A stretch of 64,000 nt of DNA. It comes from an uncultured delta proteobacterium. GTDB taxonomy: Bacteria > Myxococcota_A > Polyangia > Polyangiales > Polyangiaceae. A program made the translations under genes and the position numbers. The stretch covers positions 3,232,001-3,296,000 of the forward strand of contig CAWDXG010000004.1 in assembly GCA_963806225.1 (NCBI GenBank), read 5' to 3'. A model generated the notes under the pieces. It worked only from the letters and a program-made list of their open reading frames with translations. It was not told the origin of the DNA and searched no databases. This document shows positions 58,809 to 64,000 of this stretch, piece after piece; positions within the stretch are counted from its first letter, which is position 1; every line of letters starts with the position of its first letter.

Positions 58809-60383
58809 TCAGAACCGAACGGCGACGTTCAGATGATCGTCGGGCTTGACCGTGATCGCGCGCACGGCGCGCCCCGCCTCGCCTGCGAACACGACCGTAT
58901 GCGTCCCGGCGTCCACGCGGACCGCCTTGGGCGTCGAGCCGAGCGGATGGCCGTCCACGACGACGTTCGTCGCGGGCGTCGAGCTCAGCACGAGGATCCC
59001 CTTGCCGGCCGGAGCGGCTGGCGGAGCCGGCTTGGCCGCGGGTGCGCTGTTGTGCACCGGCGCCGCAGCATGGCGGGCGACAGCGTGGTGGTAGACCGGA
59101 GCCCGGCTCGCTGCCTGCGTCGGAGCAGCCGGCAGGTTCGAAGCCTGCACCGCGCCATCGTCGTCCGGCTTGGCGTTGTCAGCGGGTGCCGGCTTGTCCT
59201 TGGCGCTATCGTCCTTTGCCACCTGCTGGTCGGCCTTCGCGGACTTGAGCGGTGAAAGCTCGAGGCGCATGACCGCGTCCTGCCCACTGTGGACAGCGAC
59301 GGCTTGCGCCGCGGTCGGGATGTAGCCCGGCGCTGTCACCTTCACGAAGTGCGAGCCGCTATCGAGCTCCTCGACGCGGCAGGGCGAGCTCTCGCAACGC
59401 TGCGCGCCATCCACGAAGACGGCCAGCCCCTTGACCGGCTGCCCCTGGGCACCCGCCACGGTCGCGACGAGCGAACCGTTGCCATGCGACGCGAAGATGG
59501 CGCCCTTGGCGCCGAGCAGACCGACCGCAAGCAGGGCTGCGGCAGCCACGCTGGCGGCAGCAACGAGACCGCGGGGCATGCGCCGCATCGGCAGCTCGAC
59601 CGGAGGCGGCGGCTGGGACAGCGCCACAGGCGGAACGCTCCCCACCGAAGGCGGCGGTTGGCCCTGGGCGATGCGATACGACGACGGCTCGGTCGGCATG
59701 CGCCGTCGGAAGGTCGCCGGACGAGGCGGCGGGGGCAGATGGCTCTCTGCCACGCTCGCCGGAATGGGAGGCAGACGCGCCGACGCCGGTTTCGGAGCAG
59801 GCAGCGCGGCTCGCTCCTCCGGCTTGATCACGCGCGTGGGCATGCTGTCCAGCTCGGCGTCATCCATCGGAATGATCGGCTGCGGTGCTGGCTTGGCTTC
59901 GGGCGCAGGCAGCGACGACTGCGCGCGCGACGGAGGCGGAGGCGCCGGAGGCAACGCGCCGGTGCGCTTGGACATCGGCGCCGGCGTTGCAACGGACGCA
60001 CGCGGAGCCGGGCTCGGCGGCGGCGTCACCTTGCGCGGAGATGAAGGAGGTGTTGCCGCGCGCGACGGAGGCGGCGTCACTGCGCGAGCAGACGGAGGCG
60101 GAGGCGGCGTCGCGCTGGACGAGGGACGAGGCGGCGCCGGCGCGCGGGACGAAGGAGGCGCCGGAGGCGCTGCAGCGCGGCTGGGCGGCGCCGGGGGCGC
60201 TGCGGCGCGGCTAGGCGGCGCCGGGGGCGCTGCGGCGCGGCTAGGCGGCGGCGGGGGCGCGCTCGCACGACGCGACACGGGAGGCGGCGGAGGCGCGCCC
60301 GGACGGGGTACGCGCGCGCTCGGCGCACGGCGCCCCGCGGGGACCAGATCGTCGAGGGTGGACTTGGTGTCGCTCTCAGCCAT
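58809..60383 (-). CDS. Pro-rich membrane protein with PEGA domains
   Basis: Poly-Pro N-terminus, TM segment, VFVDG..V.APGY and VVVDG.PLGSTP. Confidence 0.8.
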   Translation of the reverse strand: MAESDTKSTLDDLVPAGRRAPSARVPRPGAPPPPPVSRRASAPPPPPSRAAAPPAPPSRAAAPPAPPSRAAAPPAPPSSRAPAPPRPSSSATPPPPPSARAVTPPPSRAATPPSSPRKVTPPPSPAPRASVATPAPMSKRTGALPPAPPPPSRAQSSLPAPEAKPAPQPIIPMDDAELDSMPTRVIKPEERAALPAPKPASARLPPIPASVAESHLPPPPRPATFRRRMPTEPSSYRIAQGQPPPSVGSVPPVALSQPPPPVELPMRRMPRGLVAAASVAAAALLAVGLLGAKGAIFASHGNGSLVATVAGAQGQPVKGLAVFVDGAQRCESSPCRVEELDSGSHFVKVTAPGYIPTAAQAVAVHSGQDAVMRLELSPLKSAKADQQVAKDDSAKDKPAPADNAKPDDDGAVQASNLPAAPTQAASRAPVYHHAVARHAAAPVHNSAPAAKPAPPAAPAGKGILVLSSTPATNVVVDGHPLGSTPKAVRVDAGTHTVVFAGEAGRAVRAITVKPDDHLNVAVRF

Positions 60384-60602
60384 GTCGCGCTCCTTCCACA
60401 CCGGATGCCGGACCGGATGCGACAGGGTGCCTCACGGCGAAGCGCCAGACCAGGATGAATTCTGCTGGAAATCGCTTTTTTGTGCGGCCAAATCGGAAGT
60501 TTTCCGTGGTGCCGGACGCAGAGGTGAGCGCCTGTTCCGTAGCGTGTAGGACGCTGTAGGAGAGTGTCGCCCTTCAGTGAGGCGGCGCGCACGAGCCGGA
60601 TG

Positions 60603-61643
60603 TCAGCGTCGCGGTTCGGTGAGCCCGAGCTCGCCGAGCATGCGAGCGATGCGCCGGAACTTGTCGGCGCGGCCGAGCTGCAGGAGATGTCCGCCGTGCC
60701 ACGTCTCCAGCGGCGCGTCGAAATGCCGCGCGATGCGCCGCGCGTGCGACAGCGGCGTGATGCGATCCGCTTCAGCGCCGATCACGAGCAGCCGTTCCGG
60801 AGGCAAGAGAGGCTTGCGGTGCAGCGGGCTCACCACGCGATGCACGGCATCGAGCGCGCGGTGCTGCGCCCTCTGCTCCATCGGCGTCGTGCCGAGCCGA
60901 CCATGGTCGCGGGCGAAGTCCGCGAGCGAAGCGAGCGGAATCATCGGCACGCCAAACGCCAGCTCCGGCTCGACTGTCGCGAGCAGCGCCGTGGTGTAGC
61001 CGCCGAGGCTCATCCCGATCGCGCCGACGGCCGGATGGCCGCGTTCCCCGAACCAACGGAAGAGATCGCGCAGGTCGCCCATTGCCTGACGGAAACCCTC
61101 GTTGCTTACGCGCGGGTCGCTGCCGGGGAACGGCGGCGGACGCCGCCGCCGCGCATCGCCGCGCACGCCGTGGAACGGCAGCACGAACAGCGCCACGTCG
61201 AGCCCGATGCGGTGCAGCCAGTCCACCGGCCAGACGCGTTGCTCCACGGCGTACTGACCACCGAGGTAGCCGTGGATGAGGACCGCTACCGGACGTGGCT
61301 CGTCATGCAGGAACAGACGCGCCGCCGCGATGTGGTTGTCGCGGTAGCGCAGGTAGCGCTCGGCCACGTCGGGATTGTACGGCTCGTAGTCGCTCGTCCA
61401 GGCGAGGTCCACGACTCGACCGCCCAGAAGCTGCTTCACCTGTCGCTCGTCGACGTGGATCGGCCGCGGCTCGCGGAAGAATCGCTCGCCGTCGCTGGGA
61501 TACTGCGGCGCCAGCAGCCCGAGCAGCCGGAGCCTCTCCTCGTGCGGGAGCGACTCGGACAGGTTGCGCTTCCTGGCGCGCGCGCTCTGGGCGTGCGCCG
61601 CCAGCGTCGCGGCGCGATCGAACACCGCAGCGGTACGGCCCAT
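60603..61643 (-). CDS. Alpha/beta hydrolase
   Basis: IHGY, GMSLGG nucleophile elbow, DRIT and GGH. Confidence 0.85.
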   Translation of the reverse strand: MGRTAAVFDRAATLAAHAQSARARKRNLSESLPHEERLRLLGLLAPQYPSDGERFFREPRPIHVDERQVKQLLGGRVVDLAWTSDYEPYNPDVAERYLRYRDNHIAAARLFLHDEPRPVAVLIHGYLGGQYAVEQRVWPVDWLHRIGLDVALFVLPFHGVRGDARRRRPPPFPGSDPRVSNEGFRQAMGDLRDLFRWFGERGHPAVGAIGMSLGGYTTALLATVEPELAFGVPMIPLASLADFARDHGRLGTTPMEQRAQHRALDAVHRVVSPLHRKPLLPPERLLVIGAEADRITPLSHARRIARHFDAPLETWHGGHLLQLGRADKFRRIARMLGELGLTEPRR

Positions 61644-61732
61644 CGCGAATCGTGTGGCTTTCTGCAGCACGAGCCACAGCATAACGCATCGCGTCGGGCC
61701 GGGCGAGCGACGCACGGCGTATGCTTCGCGCG

Positions 61733-62149
61733 ATGGGCTACCGGGAGCGGCTGGACCCGCTCGTGCTCGCGCGCGAGCGCGAGGTCGAAGCGCTGACGCG
61801 CGAGATCGACGCCCGCACGCTCCTCGCACAGGCCCAAGCCACGCTTGCCCGCGCCGAGGCCGAGCTCGAGCTGGCGCGGCAGCTCCACGGCGCACAGGTA
61901 GCCCAGCTGCGCCGCCTCGACGCGCTGGCACGGGCGCACGGCAGAGCGGCGGAGCAGGACGGCAGCCTCGCTGCCGACCGCGACAACGTCGAACTCCGCC
62001 GACAGCGGCACGCGCGCGAGATCGACGAATGCGAGTCCGCACTGGCTGCCGCGCGCGAGGAGCGCGCGCGGGCTCGCGGCGTTCTCACCCAGGCGGAGCG
62101 GGAGGCCTACGAAGCCCGCCGCGAGCTGGAACGGCTTTCCAGCCCATAG
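61733..62149 (+). CDS. Hypothetical coiled-coil protein
   Basis: Heptad-like A/E/R-rich ORF filling the gap between genes. Confidence 0.55.
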   Translation: MGYRERLDPLVLAREREVEALTREIDARTLLAQAQATLARAEAELELARQLHGAQVAQLRRLDALARAHGRAAEQDGSLAADRDNVELRRQRHAREIDECESALAAAREERARARGVLTQAEREAYEARRELERLSSP

Positions 62150-62175
62150 ACGCCGACTCTATGATGCGCTCCCTC

Positions 62176-63084
62176 ATGAGCTACGAGACGCTGCGCACCA
62201 CGACCGACGGCCCCATCGCCTTCATCACGCTGAACCGCCCCGAGCGGCTGAACACGATCGTGCCGCCGATGCCGGACGAGTTCGAGTCCGCCATCGCCGA
62301 GGCGGTGCACGACGAAGCCGTGAAGGTCATCGTGCTGCGCGGCGCGGGGCGCGCGTTCTGCGGCGGCTACGACTTCGGCCAGGGCTTCGAGCACTGGGAC
62401 CGCTACATCAACACCGACGGCAAGTGGGACCCGGGCAAGGACTTCATGTTCTCGACCGCCAAGGAACTGGCTCCGACGCAGAAGTTCATGAGCATGTGGC
62501 GCTCGCCCAAACCGGTCATCGCGCAGGTGCACGGTTGGTGCGTCGGAGGCGGGAGCGATACCGCGCTGTGTGCCGACCTCGTGATCGCGTCGGAGGACGC
62601 GCGGATCGGCACGCCGTATTCACGCATGTGGGGCGCATACCTGTCCGGCATGTGGCTCTACCGCCTCGGCCTCACGCGCGCCAAGGAGTACGCGCTCACC
62701 GGCAAGCCGCTGTCCGGACGCGAAGCGGCGGACATCGGCCTCATCAACCGCGCGGTGCCATTCGCCGAGCTGGAGAGCACCGTGCGCAAACTGGCGCTGC
62801 AGCTGGCGTCGATCCCGCTGTCGCAGCTTTCCGCCATGAAGCTGGTCGTGAACCACGCCTACGAGAACATGGGGCTGTCGAGCACGCAGACGCTCGGCCC
62901 GATCCTCGACGGGCTGATGCGCAACACGCCCGACGCGCACTCCTTCATCGAGCTCGCCGCGTCGAGCGGCGTGCGCGCCGCCGTGGAGCGCCGCGATGGA
63001 CCCTTCGGCGACTATTCGCAGGCTCCGCCCGAAGAGCAGCCCGACCCTGCGCACGTCATTCCCGTCGACCCGCCGTCGTCATGA
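62176..63084 (+). CDS. Enoyl-CoA hydratase/crotonase family protein
   Basis: ITLNRPE.LN, AFCGGYD and KPVIAQVHG.CVGGG. Confidence 0.93.
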   Translation: MSYETLRTTTDGPIAFITLNRPERLNTIVPPMPDEFESAIAEAVHDEAVKVIVLRGAGRAFCGGYDFGQGFEHWDRYINTDGKWDPGKDFMFSTAKELAPTQKFMSMWRSPKPVIAQVHGWCVGGGSDTALCADLVIASEDARIGTPYSRMWGAYLSGMWLYRLGLTRAKEYALTGKPLSGREAADIGLINRAVPFAELESTVRKLALQLASIPLSQLSAMKLVVNHAYENMGLSSTQTLGPILDGLMRNTPDAHSFIELAASSGVRAAVERRDGPFGDYSQAPPEEQPDPAHVIPVDPPSS

Positions 63085-63163
63085 GCGCCGCGCCACATCG
63101 TGCCGTAGCGTGGTGGCGCCCATGCCACCGTGTTATGGGGAGTGTTCCCGAGGAGGGCCGGAA

Positions 63164-63427
63164 ATGAGCGAAAGAGGCGTAGAAGTCAGGGTACACGGTC
63201 AGGGGACCGTCGCCGGCGGAAAGCCCCACAAGGACGAGGCGGTCCAGGCCGCCTGCGACGCCTGCGGCGAGACGACAGACGCCGTCGTGTCCGCCGGGCC
63301 CGACGGCAAGAGCCCCTTCCTCTGCAAGTCCTGCCTCCGCGAGCGGTTGGAGCAGATCACGCTGGCCCTGTGGATGTTCCGCGAGGAGCCGAAGCAAGGC
63401 CTGCCCTGGGGAAAGATCAGCGGCTGA
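63164..63427 (+). CDS. Small CxxC..CxxC protein
   Basis: CDAC and CKSC motifs. GGAGG upstream. Confidence 0.55.
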   Translation: MSERGVEVRVHGQGTVAGGKPHKDEAVQAACDACGETTDAVVSAGPDGKSPFLCKSCLRERLEQITLALWMFREEPKQGLPWGKISG

Positions 63428-63436
63428 GAAGCAACC

Positions 63437-64000
63437 ATGAAACGACTACCAGTATCCCGCAGCGAGCGCGTTTTCTCCGACTTCAAGCCGGCGTACACCC
63501 GCGAGCAGGCCGTCATCGAGGCGAACCGCTGCCTGTTCTGCTCGGACGCGCCCTGCGTCCAGGCGTGCCCCACGCACATCGAGATCCCGCAGTTCATCCG
63601 CAAGATCGCCACGGGCAACGTCAAGGGCTCGGCGCGCACCATCTTCGACGCCAACATCCTGGGCATGAGCTGCGCGCGTGTGTGCCCGGTGGAAGTGCTC
63701 TGCGTCGGCGACTGCGTCTACAACAACATGGGCGTACCGCCGATCCAGATCGGCAAGCTGCAGCGCTACTCCACCGACCAGGCGTTCGCGGAAGGCTGGC
63801 GCTTCTTCAAGGCCGGCGCGGACACCGGCAAAAGCATCGGTCTCGTCGGCGCAGGGCCGGCGTCGCTGGCGGCCGCACACGAGCTGCGCCGCTTCGGCCA
63901 CGCCTGCACGATCTACGAGAAGCGCCAGGTCCTGGGCGGCCTGAACACCACGGGCGTCGCGCCGTACAAGATGCGGGCGGATCGCTCGGTGGACGAGGTC
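63437..64000 (+). CDS. preT: Dihydropyrimidine dehydrogenase subunit A / GltD-like oxidoreductase (partial)
   Basis: Manual translation (not in the track) gives EANRCLFCSDAPC..ACPTHI.IP.FI, CARVCP.E.LC and VGAGPAS. Confidence 0.8.
   Translation, partial: MKRLPVSRSERVFSDFKPAYTREQAVIEANRCLFCSDAPCVQACPTHIEIPQFIRKIATGNVKGSARTIFDANILGMSCARVCPVEVLCVGDCVYNNMGVPPIQIGKLQRYSTDQAFAEGWRFFKAGADTGKSIGLVGAGPASLAAAHELRRFGHACTIYEKRQVLGGLNTTGVAPYKMRADRSVDEV

Noticed and set aside
60160..60260. Short tandem repeat encoding PPAPPSRAAA
   Set aside because: Ordinary low-complexity Pro-rich linker in the PEGA protein.

Overview
High-GC, myxobacterial-like (Polyangiales-style gene content) 64 kb window. The left ~19 kb is an unusually enzyme-rich His-Xaa-Ser (Hxs) RiPP-type cluster. 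It has a 100-aa precursor ending in HCS-(HGS)14-W, two HxsD-like proteins, seven radical SAM genes (one B12-type, one tandem double-domain), a methyltransferase, a Rieske oxygenase, a PhyH-type Fe/2OG dioxygenase, a possible PatF/LynF-like prenyltransferase, a carbamoyltransferase (missing from the ORF track), a Cys-repeat lipoprotein and a Tat protein. Four of these proteins appear to share an unannotated ~90-aa accessory domain. No HxsB-type gene is recognisable, and two more HxsC-like radical SAM genes lie 16-24 kb away. The remainder holds mostly housekeeping and envelope genes (ClpB paralogue with degenerate NBD1, grxC, pilD, PMM/PGM, prmC, fhs, mpl, preT-like). It also contains a frameshift-riddled cation-chloride-cotransporter/ATPase + MscS locus, a decayed IS1111-type IS110 element with intact sub-terminal inverted repeats, and two arrays of a ~50-bp palindromic repeat. 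All family assignments are by eye from motifs; no searches were run.
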